From Escherichia phage P896: 64,000 nucleotides of DNA. Positions 27,928-37,515 of the stretch are shown here, one piece after another. The notes below the pieces were generated by a model that saw only the letters and a list, made by a program, of their open reading frames with translations, did no database searches and was not told where the DNA came from. Position numbers and translations under genes: made by a program. The stretch is taken from sequence record OL451225.1, one strand, 5' to 3'. How positions within the stretch are numbered: position 1 is the first letter of the stretch; every line of letters begins with the position of its first letter.

Positions 27928-28130
27928 TATTCCACCACATATGATAATGAGAAAATTGCTGATGAAAGATGGGTAGCATCTTCTTCACACAGTTCAAATG
28001 GAGCTTTCTGTAAGAGTTCAACCACTTCTTCATCAGTGACACTGTCCATAAAGATTGCATAATCATTAAGATAGATAACAACCTCATCACCAGTATTAAC
28101 TGCATCAATCTTGATATTTTTAATTCTCAT
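27927..28130 (-). CDS. hypothetical acidic protein, 67 aa
   Basis: ORF track; ATG start. Confidence 0.45.
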   Translation of the reverse strand: MRIKNIKIDAVNTGDEVVIYLNDYAIFMDSVTDEEVVELLQKAPFELCEEDATHLSSAIFSLSYVVE

Positions 28131-28140
28131 TGTGTTCTCC

Positions 28141-28195
28141 TCAGTAGTTGATGGGATAATAGTACACCCTTTTTATGGTGATGTAAACCCCTAAA
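28141..28195 (-). promoter_or_regulatory. early promoter cassette (-35 GTTTACA, 17-bp spacer, -10 TACTAT, leader ATTATCCCATCAACTACTGAGGAGA)
   Basis: Read on the minus strand upstream of gene 27927..28130. Confidence 0.55.
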
Positions 28196-28202
28196 TGAAA
28201 AA

Positions 28203-28228
28203 AGGTCCACCCGAAGGCAGACCTTTTG
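28203..28228 (-). terminator. hairpin with UUCG loop followed by UUUUUUCAUUU
   Basis: Imperfect 8-bp stem (two G-U pairs) plus T-run directly after the stop of gene 28231..28614. Confidence 0.5.
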
Positions 28229-28230
28229 AA

Positions 28231-28614
28231 TTACTCTAGTGTTAACAGATACTTAGTCTGAAAGAAAACTCCAACGATATCGTCCAGAGTCGATTGAATA
28301 GCCTTGGGTACAACTTTATAGACTCTTTCCGAGCTTTTAATCATTTCATCTAAAAACAAAATTGTATCTTTCGGCAAGTCCGAGGCGGACGGTAATGCAG
28401 CTTTGTATTGTTTCCCGCTGTAACCTAACCATTGCTCACTGAACTGGTCGAGTGGACCTTGGATTTCTGTGAAGTAGAAATCATAAGCTTTATGGCGGGC
28501 GTAACTTTTGGTTTCAAGATGGGCGGACTTAAAATAAGCCAAAGAGACTAACAACCACCCAATATATGAATCCACCTCAGACCCACGACCCGTTACGAAA
28601 TCATCAAATTTCAT
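28231..28614 (-). CDS. hypothetical protein, 127 aa
   Basis: ORF track; ATG start. Confidence 0.5.
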   Translation of the reverse strand: MKFDDFVTGRGSEVDSYIGWLLVSLAYFKSAHLETKSYARHKAYDFYFTEIQGPLDQFSEQWLGYSGKQYKAALPSASDLPKDTILFLDEMIKSSERVYKVVPKAIQSTLDDIVGVFFQTKYLLTLE

Positions 28615-28897
28615 CTTCCAATTTTACCTTCATTAATTTAGCGTACTCTCTCGCCGCAGCTTTACCATCGCTTTTGCAGGTAATTTCAGTTTCGCATTGG
28701 CTTTTGTTGTTCCATTCAGTCTTGATAAACGCCCAGAACTGTTCGGATTGGTGCACGCTTGGTTCTTTGAATTGCGAATAAATCTTCATCGCACTATCTG
28801 CATATTGGGTAAACTTCCCCTCTGTTGCAGAGGACAGATTTGGGCCTAAACAACCCAGGAGTATTAGACTTAATGAAAGTCCTCGAATAAGGTCCAT
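28604..28897 (-). CDS. rI: lysis-inhibition regulator RI-like periplasmic protein
   Basis: 97 aa with signal-anchor; SEQFWAFIKTEW, conserved Cys pair and YAKLMKVKLEDE resemble recalled T4 RI; position upstream of tk as in T4. Confidence 0.55.
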   Translation of the reverse strand: MDLIRGLSLSLILLGCLGPNLSSATEGKFTQYADSAMKIYSQFKEPSVHQSEQFWAFIKTEWNNKSQCETEITCKSDGKAAAREYAKLMKVKLEDEI

Positions 28898-28969
28898 AAG
28901 GACTCCTATTGTTGGTCATGATTACGCTTTGCAGCCTTAACATAGCGGAATACTAGTTAGTAACTGTAT

Positions 28970-29245
28970 TTATAGACGTTTAAAATTAAAGCAATACTCT
29001 GAAAATAAACTTGCAAAATTACGTTCAACCCAGACCCGTTGTTTTGGACTGGTAATCGTTGACAAATAGTATGCTTGTTGCAGGCTTATTCCGTTTTTAT
29101 TGGGGCACTCTTTGTTGAACGAGTGATAGGTACTTGCAACGATTTCGACTTCGCGCTCATACCTTTCCTGGTCCTGTTGCATAGGAACAAAAACCAAAAC
29201 CAGGAATATCAAAATAGAGATATACGTCCAAACCTTGTATACCAT
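28970..29245 (-). CDS. small membrane protein, 91 aa
   Basis: ORF track; N-terminal hydrophobic helix. Confidence 0.45.
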   Translation of the reverse strand: MVYKVWTYISILIFLVLVFVPMQQDQERYEREVEIVASTYHSFNKECPNKNGISLQQAYYLSTITSPKQRVWVERNFASLFSEYCFNFKRL

Positions 29246-29252
29246 GCGAACC

Positions 29253-29825
29253 TCAGCTTGTTAATTCGAGCCAATGTTTTCTGCACAAAGATACGTACGA
29301 TTCATTCCCACCGACCAATACTTGCTCGCCGTCCTTTACAGCAGCACCGTCGATTACTCGAGCGGTCATGGTTGCTTTCCGGCCGCAATGACAGACGCCC
29401 TTTAATTCAACCAGTTTATCCGAAATAGCCAGAAGTCTGGCCGAACCGGGAAATAATTGACCCCGAAAATCTGTTCTTAACCCGTAACACATAACGGGGA
29501 TATTGTAATTATCAACCACTTGAGCTAACTGGTCAATTTGCTCTGGTAACAAAAATTGAGCTTCATCGACCAGGACACAATGGATATCCTTTTGAGACTC
29601 GGCCCATTTATAGAATTCAAACAGGTTCATGTCGGCCGTTACCAGGTTTGCTTCCTGGCTAATACCAATGCGTGATTTAATTTCAGATTCCGAGTCCCGA
29701 TTATCAATAACAGGTTTTAGCAAAAGCACACTCATTCCACGCTCTTTATAGGAATAAGCTGCAGTCAGCAATGAAGCTGTTTTGCCTGCATTCATTGCTG
29801 CGTAATGATAAATTAAACTCGCCAT
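29253..29825 (-). CDS. tk: thymidine kinase
   Basis: 190 aa; P-loop MNAGKTASLL, VDEAQF, C-terminal zinc ribbon CxCG; matches recalled T4 Tk. Confidence 0.93.
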   Translation of the reverse strand: MASLIYHYAAMNAGKTASLLTAAYSYKERGMSVLLLKPVIDNRDSESEIKSRIGISQEANLVTADMNLFEFYKWAESQKDIHCVLVDEAQFLLPEQIDQLAQVVDNYNIPVMCYGLRTDFRGQLFPGSARLLAISDKLVELKGVCHCGRKATMTARVIDGAAVKDGEQVLVGGNESYVSLCRKHWLELTS

Positions 29826-29834
29826 GTCACCTTC

Positions 29835-30020
29835 TTATTCTGTAATACTTTCCAGATAATTTTCTAAATCGTCTGAAGCCTTATTAAGGGCTTCTAGCGC
29901 TTTATAATAGTCTTCACGGGAGTAATATTCTGTATGAAGTTCTTCGTCGTATTCGCTTTTAGCATCAACAACAGTTTCAATCATATCCAGAATTTTATTT
30001 TTCTGTTCTTTAGTAATCAT
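29835..30020 (-). CDS. hypothetical acidic protein, 61 aa
   Basis: ORF track. Confidence 0.4.
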   Translation of the reverse strand: MITKEQKNKILDMIETVVDAKSEYDEELHTEYYSREDYYKALEALNKASDDLENYLESITE

Positions 30021-30028
30021 AATATACC

Positions 30029-30214
30029 TTAAAGAGTATTCACATAAGCAATTAATTCGTTTTCTTTCTCATCAAACCGATTAGCAAATTCTTCCAGATG
30101 TTCGGCATCTATCGGGCCGTATTCATCATAAAAGGCGTTTGCTTCTGTATGCTCATCCAAAAGCTCATGGATAAGCTCAAATAATCTACTTTTCTGACTA
30201 ATGCTTAAACTCAT
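30029..30214 (-). CDS. hypothetical acidic protein, 61 aa
   Basis: ORF track. Confidence 0.4.
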   Translation of the reverse strand: MSLSISQKSRLFELIHELLDEHTEANAFYDEYGPIDAEHLEEFANRFDEKENELIAYVNTL

Positions 30215-30438
30215 TTCGGTTCCCCATATCGTACAAATTTAGGATGTTCGCAATCACCAGAATGAAAACCTTCACCCTTATGATTAGAACATCCTTTATT
30301 AGAACAGTACCACCAGTAATCATATTCGCAATTCATTTCATCGTTGCATAAAGCTGCGATTACTGGCCATTCACATTTTTCACATTTGGCCGTTTTAAGA
30401 ATTCGGGCTTGGCTCATAACCATTGCACCTTTAAGCAA
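30211..30438 (-). CDS. Cys-rich small protein, 75 aa
   Basis: ORF track; about ten Cys including CxxC pairs. Confidence 0.45.
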   Translation of the reverse strand: MLKGAMVMSQARILKTAKCEKCEWPVIAALCNDEMNCEYDYWWYCSNKGCSNHKGEGFHSGDCEHPKFVRYGEPK

Positions 30439-30626
30439 TATTCTTCTACGTGCTGTTTACGTTTATTTTTATCTATAAAAGTATATTCAACATATTCACC
30501 GATATACCATTTATCAGTGTTGTGCTGACTTTTTATAGGACATTTGGTTACTCGAGTTTCGGTCCAGCGTCGAATAATTTCCGCTTTGTTTTTAGGGTCA
30601 AACGGATGTGGGTAATGTGCTTTCAT
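30414..30626 (-). CDS. hypothetical protein, 70 aa
   Basis: ORF track. Confidence 0.4.
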   Translation of the reverse strand: MKAHYPHPFDPKNKAEIIRRWTETRVTKCPIKSQHNTDKWYIGEYVEYTFIDKNKRKQHVEEYCLKVQWL

Positions 30627-31077
30627 AATCCACCACTATTAAATCAATGTCAGGAGTAAACATATCAATTAATTGAGATACCTTATCCCAATCACCACCA
30701 GCAATACCACAACCAATACGAGGAATATAAATTACCGGTTTAAACAAAAGGGTTTCTGCTTGTAGATTTAATTCTATCATACAATTTACTAAAGCGCCAT
30801 AATCAAGATTAGGGCCTGGCTCGTATTGCGTATACAAGTTATAGCACATGCCAAAACCTGTCGGCTTATGTTTAAAAACAATAGACATATCGCCTAATTT
30901 ATCGCGAGAACCATATTCAGTAGTGGTTTTATCTATTTCTAAAACTTTTGGATAAGCCTTCGCCAACTGTCCAGCTACGCCAGAACCCATTGTGTGAAAG
31001 CAGTTACAACCATGTGCAATAATATTGCCTTGAAGAAAGAGGGCGACGATATCGCCCTTAATATACTGGGTAATCAT
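30598..31077 (-). CDS. macro-domain protein (ADP-ribose binding or processing), 159 aa
   Basis: GDIVALFLQGNIIAHGCNCFHTMGSGVAGQLAKA and later IPRIGCGIAGGDW match the two glycine-rich ADP-ribose-binding loops of macro domains. Confidence 0.65.
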   Translation of the reverse strand: MITQYIKGDIVALFLQGNIIAHGCNCFHTMGSGVAGQLAKAYPKVLEIDKTTTEYGSRDKLGDMSIVFKHKPTGFGMCYNLYTQYEPGPNLDYGALVNCMIELNLQAETLLFKPVIYIPRIGCGIAGGDWDKVSQLIDMFTPDIDLIVVDYESTLPTSV

Positions 31078-31433
31078 TTAGAGTTCAATCCTCTATTATA
31101 TGAATCCACTAACCTGTCAACCATACTGGTGCAGGCCGCCTTATATTTTGCACTTGACAGAATGCAATCCATTTCAAATAATTTCTTTTCATATTTGTTG
31201 GATAATACATTCTTTTTCAAAAGCGTATGTTCAACATCATTTTGACCATCTTTATAGGCTGCGGTGAGCTTGGCACTGAACCGGATTACACAATCCACAT
31301 TGCTTGATGCGCAATAATCTTTAGCCGTCCTCGTTGCATATTCTACGATGCTGTTGTTGTCGTCGCTCTGTACTGAAGCTATTCCTCCCGTGCTGAATAC
31401 TAACCCTATGGCTAAAGTGATAACTCTTACCAT
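31074..31433 (-). CDS. secreted protein, 119 aa (signal peptide)
   Basis: N-terminal MVRVITLAIGLVFSTGGIASVQS signal peptide; four Cys. Confidence 0.5.
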   Translation of the reverse strand: MVRVITLAIGLVFSTGGIASVQSDDNNSIVEYATRTAKDYCASSNVDCVIRFSAKLTAAYKDGQNDVEHTLLKKNVLSNKYEKKLFEMDCILSSAKYKAACTSMVDRLVDSYNRGLNSK

Positions 31434-31435
31434 TT

Positions 31436-31978
31436 TTAATCCACCGTTTTTAATAGGCCTCGTGATTTTAAGTAGTTAGCTTTTTCTAGGACCTGTGAAG
31501 CATACTTATTACCAGCTTTCACATTCCACCCTGCGTTATATGATGATAGTGTTTTCCTTATATCCCCCTTATGAATATTTAACCAATATGAAAGCTCAAT
31601 ATAAGCCCAGCGTGCACTGTTCTCTCTCTTGCTTATCATCTTGATTATTTCTTTATCTGTCATTGTCCACCCAACCTGTTTCACGCGTTCGCGCACGGTT
31701 GGAAGATAATTTTGGAATATACCATATGCATGATGCTTATCTTTATTTAATCCAGTATTAACCCCAGCAGAACTTTCCTGCCAGGTTAAACCAGCCATGA
31801 TATATCCCAAACCATTATGTTGGTGCGGATTTTCTTTGTACTTGCCATTTTTCTGGAACTGTTCTCCAAACGCATAAGCATATTGGAGGTTCTCCATTTG
31901 TTCATTACTGAAAGTAGGCTCTACGCTATGGGCAGACATACTAACTGTCAATAGTAAGGTGGCGATTACTTTTTTCAT
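31436..31978 (-). CDS. exported SLT-like lytic transglycosylase, 180 aa
   Basis: Signal peptide then WQESSAG...AYGIFQ (catalytic Glu-Ser plus GLMQ-like motif); at the position of T4 vs.1, next to regB. Confidence 0.5.
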   Translation of the reverse strand: MKKVIATLLLTVSMSAHSVEPTFSNEQMENLQYAYAFGEQFQKNGKYKENPHQHNGLGYIMAGLTWQESSAGVNTGLNKDKHHAYGIFQNYLPTVRERVKQVGWTMTDKEIIKMISKRENSARWAYIELSYWLNIHKGDIRKTLSSYNAGWNVKAGNKYASQVLEKANYLKSRGLLKTVD

Positions 31979-31988
31979 GAATTCCCCA

Positions 31989-32447
31989 TTAGATATAAAT
32001 CACTTTTGTGCTAATTTTTCCTTCCAGACGATTAGAGTTAACAAACGCCATACGACAACACATGGTCGGAGACTTCCCAGGAAGAGCTGGGTTAACTGTC
32101 ATTCCTAACCATAGGTTCTTGTCTGTGATTTCCAGACGAAGTGGACGATAGTTCACATTCGGGTCAATTTGTGCTTCAACTTCCGGGAGTGGTTTCATCT
32201 CCAGGAATTCAACGATTTCTTTTACATGTGGTGTGATTTTTCCAAACAAATCAAAAACATATTGTTCATCAATTTCACGTTGGATTGCACGGTCCAACAG
32301 GTGTGGACTGTACTTAATGAAGAATGCCTCAAGGCCTGCTTCTTTACAAGCCTTGTTGATAGCATTATTAATTTTGAGGAACTCCGTTTCAAAAATGCGA
32401 CGAAGTTTATTGCGGCGAATGTAAACACTTGAATCGATAGTAGTCAT
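31989..32447 (-). CDS. regB: RegB site-specific endoribonuclease (by synteny, length and recalled sequence)
   Basis: ORF 31989..32504 trimmed to ATG at 32447 (AAAGGAGATAATC RBS) gives 152 aa, about the recalled T4 RegB length; lies between the SLT-like gene and the vs-like genes. Confidence 0.5.
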   Translation of the reverse strand: MTTIDSSVYIRRNKLRRIFETEFLKINNAINKACKEAGLEAFFIKYSPHLLDRAIQREIDEQYVFDLFGKITPHVKEIVEFLEMKPLPEVEAQIDPNVNYRPLRLEITDKNLWLGMTVNPALPGKSPTMCCRMAFVNSNRLEGKISTKVIYI

Positions 32448-32503
32448 GATTATCTCCTTTTGTTTGATGGGATAATCATAACTCATTTCAATCTGCTTGT
32501 ACA
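32448..32503 (-). promoter_or_regulatory. early promoter cassette, GATGGGATA class
   Basis: Conserved GTTTGATGGGATAATCATA block plus GTACA -35-like element upstream of regB. Confidence 0.45.
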
Positions 32504-33083
<580 letters not shown>

Positions 33084-33087
<4 letters not shown>

Positions 33088-33317
33088 TTCACTTCCTCGC
33101 CAGTTGCGATATCATATTCTACTAAACGAAGGCCTTCAGTCCAACCTTGCACGGAGATATAGGTAGACGGGTAAATCATTTCTTTACCATTCCACCGACC
33201 GCCATCCCAGACTTCCAGAAAGTCTTGTTCACCTGGTCCATTAAACCATTCAACAAATCTTTTCAGAGCTTCATCAGAGCCTTCAATTGTCAATTTAGAC
33301 ATATTTTTTCCAATCAC
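33084..33317 (-). CDS. hypothetical protein, 77 aa
   Basis: ORF track. Confidence 0.45.
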
Positions 33318-33594
33318 TAATTAATCGCACATCCTGGTCATAGGTCAGGAGGCTACGAGTGATAATACCCTTACACGGTCCAGAAATAAATTCCAGAGTA
33401 AAGTAAGGAACCAACTTCATCAAGCGAATACTCGGAGCAGTGCAACGAAATCTGGACCCAATAAAAGGCCCAGACAAAAACACATACTCAAAGAAATTTG
33501 CTTTATTAAAGATTTCAAAATTCTTTACGAAATCTTCTGACCTAACCTTTGGAATAAAATAGATTTGGTCAAAAAGCTCTTCATGGGTCATCAT
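33295..33594 (-). CDS. hypothetical protein, 99 aa
   Basis: ORF track. Confidence 0.45.
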   Translation of the reverse strand: MMTHEELFDQIYFIPKVRSEDFVKNFEIFNKANFFEYVFLSGPFIGSRFRCTAPSIRLMKLVPYFTLEFISGPCKGIITRSLLTYDQDVRLISDWKKYV

Positions 33595-34118
33595 TGCATT
33601 CCTATCACAAAGAACAGTGGCAAAGGCTTATCACCTTGACACATAAATTTATTCATCATTACCTGATAAGCTTCATAGAACTTATCCATTGCAGGGAGGC
33701 GAATAGGTTCTTCAATAATGATTAAAAGACGCGTAAAACGCAATCCACGGTACTTATGGAAATTATCTTCATCAAGGAAACTGCGTACAGTATCATAGAC
33801 AACGAATCCAGGTCGTTCAACATTAAGATGTGGTTGGGCCTTAGAAACCTGTTTTATTACATTACAAATTTCTCGTGAGCGATGTGAAGAACTCGACATA
33901 ACAATCACATCATTACCTTTAGAAACCCAATCAGCTGCGAACTGTGCAATGGCACTTGTTTTACCTGTTTGTCTTCCACCGTCAAGTCTCAGAGTGCCAA
34001 ACTCTTGCATTCTTGAAGCGGGTTCATACCAGGTGTATTGGTCTGAATCTAATCGTTCAATGGCGCGTTCAGCGAAGGCGTGCATTAAGGTTAGATAAAT
34101 GGGAGTTAAAAATTTCAT
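33591..34118 (-). CDS. small P-loop protein, 175 aa (Walker A GGRQTGKTS)
   Basis: ORF track; Walker-A-like GxxxxGKT motif near residue 47. Confidence 0.5.
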   Translation of the reverse strand: MKFLTPIYLTLMHAFAERAIERLDSDQYTWYEPASRMQEFGTLRLDGGRQTGKTSAIAQFAADWVSKGNDVIVMSSSSHRSREICNVIKQVSKAQPHLNVERPGFVVYDTVRSFLDEDNFHKYRGLRFTRLLIIIEEPIRLPAMDKFYEAYQVMMNKFMCQGDKPLPLFFVIGMQ

Positions 34119-34278
34119 AATTGTCTCTTAGTTGTGGGGCCATTCCTTGGCACATAATTCGTCCATGTATCCGTATGTAAACCCTTTACCGCACTTGGGC
34201 TCGACCTTATTACAGGTAGGGAAAGGCCCATCACTCAGAGGACACGAAGTTCATGAGGAGAGGGTCGGCTTGCCTTTA

Positions 34279-34578
34279 TTAGAAAGAACCAGAACCTTTA
34301 ATTGTGTTCTGGCGACCTTTATTTTCCAATTCAGAATGGTCAATTTCATATGCTTGTGCCACGCCAAAAGCCTTTTTAACTTTAGCTAAAGAACCTTTAG
34401 ATGTAACAATATTAAAAGTATTACCTTTGGTAAAATCAACCAAATCCACTTGTACACCTTGTTTACCGAGGCTTGCGACAATAGCATCAACATATTGTTG
34501 GTCTAAATTGCCCTGGACTCCAATTTGGAATGCTTTAGGAGCTTTGGCTTCAGTAATAAATTCTTGATAAGTTTTCAT
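34279..34578 (-). CDS. internal-protein-like head protein with N-terminal capsid-targeting-like sequence MKTYQEFITE
   Basis: 99 aa starting MKTYQEFITEA; matches the recalled T4 internal protein targeting sequence (MKTYQEFIAE). Confidence 0.6.
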   Translation of the reverse strand: MKTYQEFITEAKAPKAFQIGVQGNLDQQYVDAIVASLGKQGVQVDLVDFTKGNTFNIVTSKGSLAKVKKAFGVAQAYEIDHSELENKGRQNTIKGSGSF

Positions 34579-34632
34579 TTTATTCTCTCTAAGTTGATGG
34601 GATAATTATGCACTATCCCATCAAAAAGTAAA
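34579..34632 (-). promoter_or_regulatory. early promoter cassette (-35 GTTTAC, 17-bp spacer, -10 CATAAT bracketed by GATGGGATA/TATCCCATC)
   Basis: Read on the minus strand upstream of the internal-protein-like gene. Confidence 0.55.
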
Positions 34633-34635
34633 CAG

Positions 34636-34899
34636 TTATGCTTTACCGCCAGAAACAATACCAAAGGTCTCAAAGTCCCATTCAATATCGTCAACATCAA
34701 CTTTCTTACCAGCAACCACGAATGCGATTTCGCGACGTTTTGCATAGGTGACAATTTCTTTACCATCGCCGCCAAAGAAAGAATAACCATTGCGCTTCAT
34801 GGTGCCAAAGTCTTCAGCATCACCAGCGAATGCGCGGACTTTAAAGGAACCAGCAGGAGCTTTGGCAGATTCAGTAATAAATTCTTGATAAGTTTTCAT
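34636..34899 (-). CDS. internal-protein-like head protein (MKTYQEFITE start)
   Basis: ORF 34636..34938 trimmed to the internal ATG that yields MKTYQEFITESAKAP; 87 aa. Confidence 0.55.
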   Translation of the reverse strand: MKTYQEFITESAKAPAGSFKVRAFAGDAEDFGTMKRNGYSFFGGDGKEIVTYAKRREIAFVVAGKKVDVDDIEWDFETFGIVSGGKA

Positions 34900-34947
34900 T
34901 TTATATTCCATTGTTTGGTTGATAAAATCATTATACAACCTTTTTAG

Positions 34948-35364
34948 TTAAGCGTACACAGCTTTCCCATAGTATTTGTACCAGGTAGGCTTTTGAGAAA
35001 TTTTCTCATTCAGTCTGGCTTGACTGATTTCAATTGACCAGATTGATGGTTGATAATCATTCTTCCATTCATCAGGAATATCATTTAAATCTTGGGTAGA
35101 AATATCTTTTATGTTAAACCCTCGCTTTAAACATTCCGCAATAAGTTCTTGATGACGGTTTTTAAGGAACAAAAGCTTATCATAAAAGAAGGTGACATGA
35201 CCAGTCCCTAAAAGAAAAGATGATGGGATTTTAAAGTCAGAAACCTTTTTACCATTTTGCACATGCTTACGAACAGCACCAAACACGCGAGGAAGTTCAC
35301 GATATTCGGCCATAAGATGTTGGTCAGCAAGTTCAGATACCAGGGTCAAATTAATGCGAGTCAT
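34948..35364 (-). CDS. denV: endonuclease V (pyrimidine dimer DNA glycosylase) DenV
   Basis: Trimmed to [31 protein letters not shown]..., near-identical to recalled T4 DenV; 138 aa as in T4. Confidence 0.92.
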   Translation of the reverse strand: MTRINLTLVSELADQHLMAEYRELPRVFGAVRKHVQNGKKVSDFKIPSSFLLGTGHVTFFYDKLLFLKNRHQELIAECLKRGFNIKDISTQDLNDIPDEWKNDYQPSIWSIEISQARLNEKISQKPTWYKYYGKAVYA

Positions 35365-35423
35365 GTTTGTTCTCCTATGTTTGTAGGAGAACATTATATC
35401 ACACGTATCGTGGAAGTAAACTG
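35365..35423 (-). promoter_or_regulatory. promoter-like element with -10 TATAAT followed by hairpin GTTCTCCTA/TAGGAGAAC that contains the denV RBS
   Basis: Read on the minus strand. Confidence 0.4.
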
Positions 35424-35726
35424 TTATTTACCTTTAATTGCTTTAGCTGCTTCGATAGCCGCTTGCTGAAGGTCATCCATAGACATGCCGAACTTAGAAG
35501 CAAAGTTATCAATTTTCTTTTCGACAGAATTCAAAGGCTTGGCCTGTTTACCTTCGTTAGCGCCAGGGAGAGCTAGAATACGCTCTTTGTCAATATAAAG
35601 GCTTACAAGTTTCTTACGGTCTTTATCTGGTAAATCATGAAATGAATGGGCCTTTTTATTTACAGCGGCTTCTAATTTACCTGCACTTACGCGCGCTTCG
35701 GTGATAAATTCTTTATACGTTTTCAT
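35424..35726 (-). CDS. internal-protein-like head protein ([10 protein letters not shown] start)
   Basis: 100 aa; N-terminal capsid-targeting-like sequence; between denV and e, where T4 has ipII/ipIII. Confidence 0.6.
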   Translation of the reverse strand: MKTYKEFITEARVSAGKLEAAVNKKAHSFHDLPDKDRKKLVSLYIDKERILALPGANEGKQAKPLNSVEKKIDNFASKFGMSMDDLQQAAIEAAKAIKGK

Positions 35727-35734
35727 ATTTTACC

Positions 35735-36226
35735 TTATTTGTATGCGCTAAAAGTTCCGGTACGGAACGTTTCTATAACTCGTTTGGCTCGGTTCGGAGT
35801 CTGGACTTTATACCATCTCGAGTCGGCCAGTTCTTTGGCGGCGGCTTCCCACGATTTGGCCTTCAACAATCGCATACCCTTAGGAAAACCAGCAACACCA
35901 GCAACACCCATCTGGAATACCATATTAATGAGTGCACAACGACGAACTTCATCTAGCACATCATAAACAGGTTTTAAGACAGGGTGTCTCAAGATTCCGG
36001 CTTTAGCTTTTTCGACCGAACGGTTAAACAATGTTTCAGCTTCGTGCTGGGTTATGCGACCATTACAGACGCGACCCATGAGCTTGTCGAGCTCGGCACG
36101 AGCAACATCTTTTGATGGGTTCTTAGTTATCAGTTGCCCGATACCAATGGTCCAAAAGCCTTCGGTATCTTTATACAAATCCAACTTACAACCTTCATCT
36201 ATGCGTAACATTTCGAATATATTCAT
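35735..36226 (-). CDS. e: lysozyme (endolysin), gene e
   Basis: 163 aa; [12 protein letters not shown]...KDTEG.WTIGIG...[12 protein letters not shown]...RWY...TPNRAKRVI matches recalled T4 lysozyme. Confidence 0.95.
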   Translation of the reverse strand: MNIFEMLRIDEGCKLDLYKDTEGFWTIGIGQLITKNPSKDVARAELDKLMGRVCNGRITQHEAETLFNRSVEKAKAGILRHPVLKPVYDVLDEVRRCALINMVFQMGVAGVAGFPKGMRLLKAKSWEAAAKELADSRWYKVQTPNRAKRVIETFRTGTFSAYK

Positions 36227-36252
36227 AATACCCCCTTATATAGGGGTATTTA

Positions 36253-36705
36253 TTATCCGAAAATTTGAGTCATTACCTTGTACATCGATTTACCCATCAC
36301 GTATTGCCATTGGCTCGGTTTAATCAGAGCAAATGCATCAAACTCTGGGACTGTACTGCCATCCGGAAAGGTATGATAGGCAGAGCATTTACTGTGTCTG
36401 AATTGTTCATGCTCGACAGGAACCGTATACAAAAACAGGTGAAGGTTTTTGTTATCTGAATAACGGAACTCACCGAGGTCTTTTAAGAATGCCGGGTCGT
36501 ATTGGGTAAACCCAGTTTCTTCTTCGGTTTCACGAATAGCCGCTTCAATTGGGGATTCATCAGCTTCAACATGACCCTTAGGGATGTCCCATTTGTGTGC
36601 AGGCATACCTGGTTTACGAGAACCGGTCACACGACCCATGAATAACTCTTTATCTTCGGTCATGAAAATAATGCCAGCAGATAATTCCTTCACTTTCTTA
36701 CTCAT
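36253..36705 (-). CDS. nudE: Nudix hydrolase NudE
   Basis: ORF 36253..36780 begins on GTG; trimmed to ATG at 36705 gives 150 aa, close to the recalled T4 NudE length; Nudix box GHVEADESPIEAAIRETEEETG. Confidence 0.75.
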   Translation of the reverse strand: MSKKVKELSAGIIFMTEDKELFMGRVTGSRKPGMPAHKWDIPKGHVEADESPIEAAIRETEEETGFTQYDPAFLKDLGEFRYSDNKNLHLFLYTVPVEHEQFRHSKCSAYHTFPDGSTVPEFDAFALIKPSQWQYVMGKSMYKVMTQIFG

Positions 36706-36934
36706 CGTCACGTTCCCAAGATTTTTTAAAGATTTCGGCCATAATAATTTCAACGCGTGTTTCTGTTGATGGGCTTTCACTATCAGTTATTTGCACCATA
36801 TAGTCAGAAATCGGGCAGAACATATCCAAGTCAGTTTCTAAATCATCTTTGATTTTCTCTTCTGATGTACCTGTATCATAGGAATACAGATAAGAATCAC
36901 ATGACTCGGATTTAATATAAATTGCAATACTCAT
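36698..36934 (-). CDS. hypothetical acidic protein, 78 aa
   Basis: ORF track; ATG with GAGGAA RBS. Confidence 0.45.
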   Translation of the reverse strand: MSIAIYIKSESCDSYLYSYDTGTSEEKIKDDLETDLDMFCPISDYMVQITDSESPSTETRVEIIMAEIFKKSWERDDE

Positions 36935-37515
36935 TTACGGCATTCCTCAATAAAAGAGTTTAATGTATTTTTCTTGGCGATATCATCATATACCTTTTTA
37001 ACTTTAGAAATACGAAAAGGTACTTCAATAGCCATAGTCCATAAAAATGATGCAATAAGTCCAACAGCAGCAGAAGAAATGCACGCGCCCATTACAGCCA
37101 CAGGTGCTTCATTTTTACCCGTCAAGAAAAACCACAGGATTGGTAAAAATAAGATTCCAGCCCAGGCATAAAACCTGGAACAAATTAACTTATCAAATTC
37201 ATCTTTCCAGGTACGAAATCCATATTTCTTGCTATAAGAAATTAATGGGTCGGGTGTCTGTTCTTTGAGTGGTTCCGGTTGATACCCATTAACAATATAT
37301 CCCATTTTATATTCCTTAATTAAAAGCTCTTTCACATGACGATTGCATCGCGACCAATCAACATTTTCCACCTTGATTCCTTCATCACCATCGTCAAGGT
37401 TCGCCCAATATTTTTTGGTAATCATAAATTCATCTCTTGATACAATTATACCTGCATTTTCTGCCCGACGGATGAAGTTTACATCAACACCCATACAACC
37501 AGGTTCATACAGCAT
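36931..37515 (-). CDS. membrane protein, 194 aa, C-terminal FIEECRK tail
   Basis: ORF track; two hydrophobic helices near the C-terminus; tail motif shared with three genes at 41765..43011. Confidence 0.55.
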   Translation of the reverse strand: MLYEPGCMGVDVNFIRRAENAGIIVSRDEFMITKKYWANLDDGDEGIKVENVDWSRCNRHVKELLIKEYKMGYIVNGYQPEPLKEQTPDPLISYSKKYGFRTWKDEFDKLICSRFYAWAGILFLPILWFFLTGKNEAPVAVMGACISSAAVGLIASFLWTMAIEVPFRISKVKKVYDDIAKKNTLNSFIEECRK

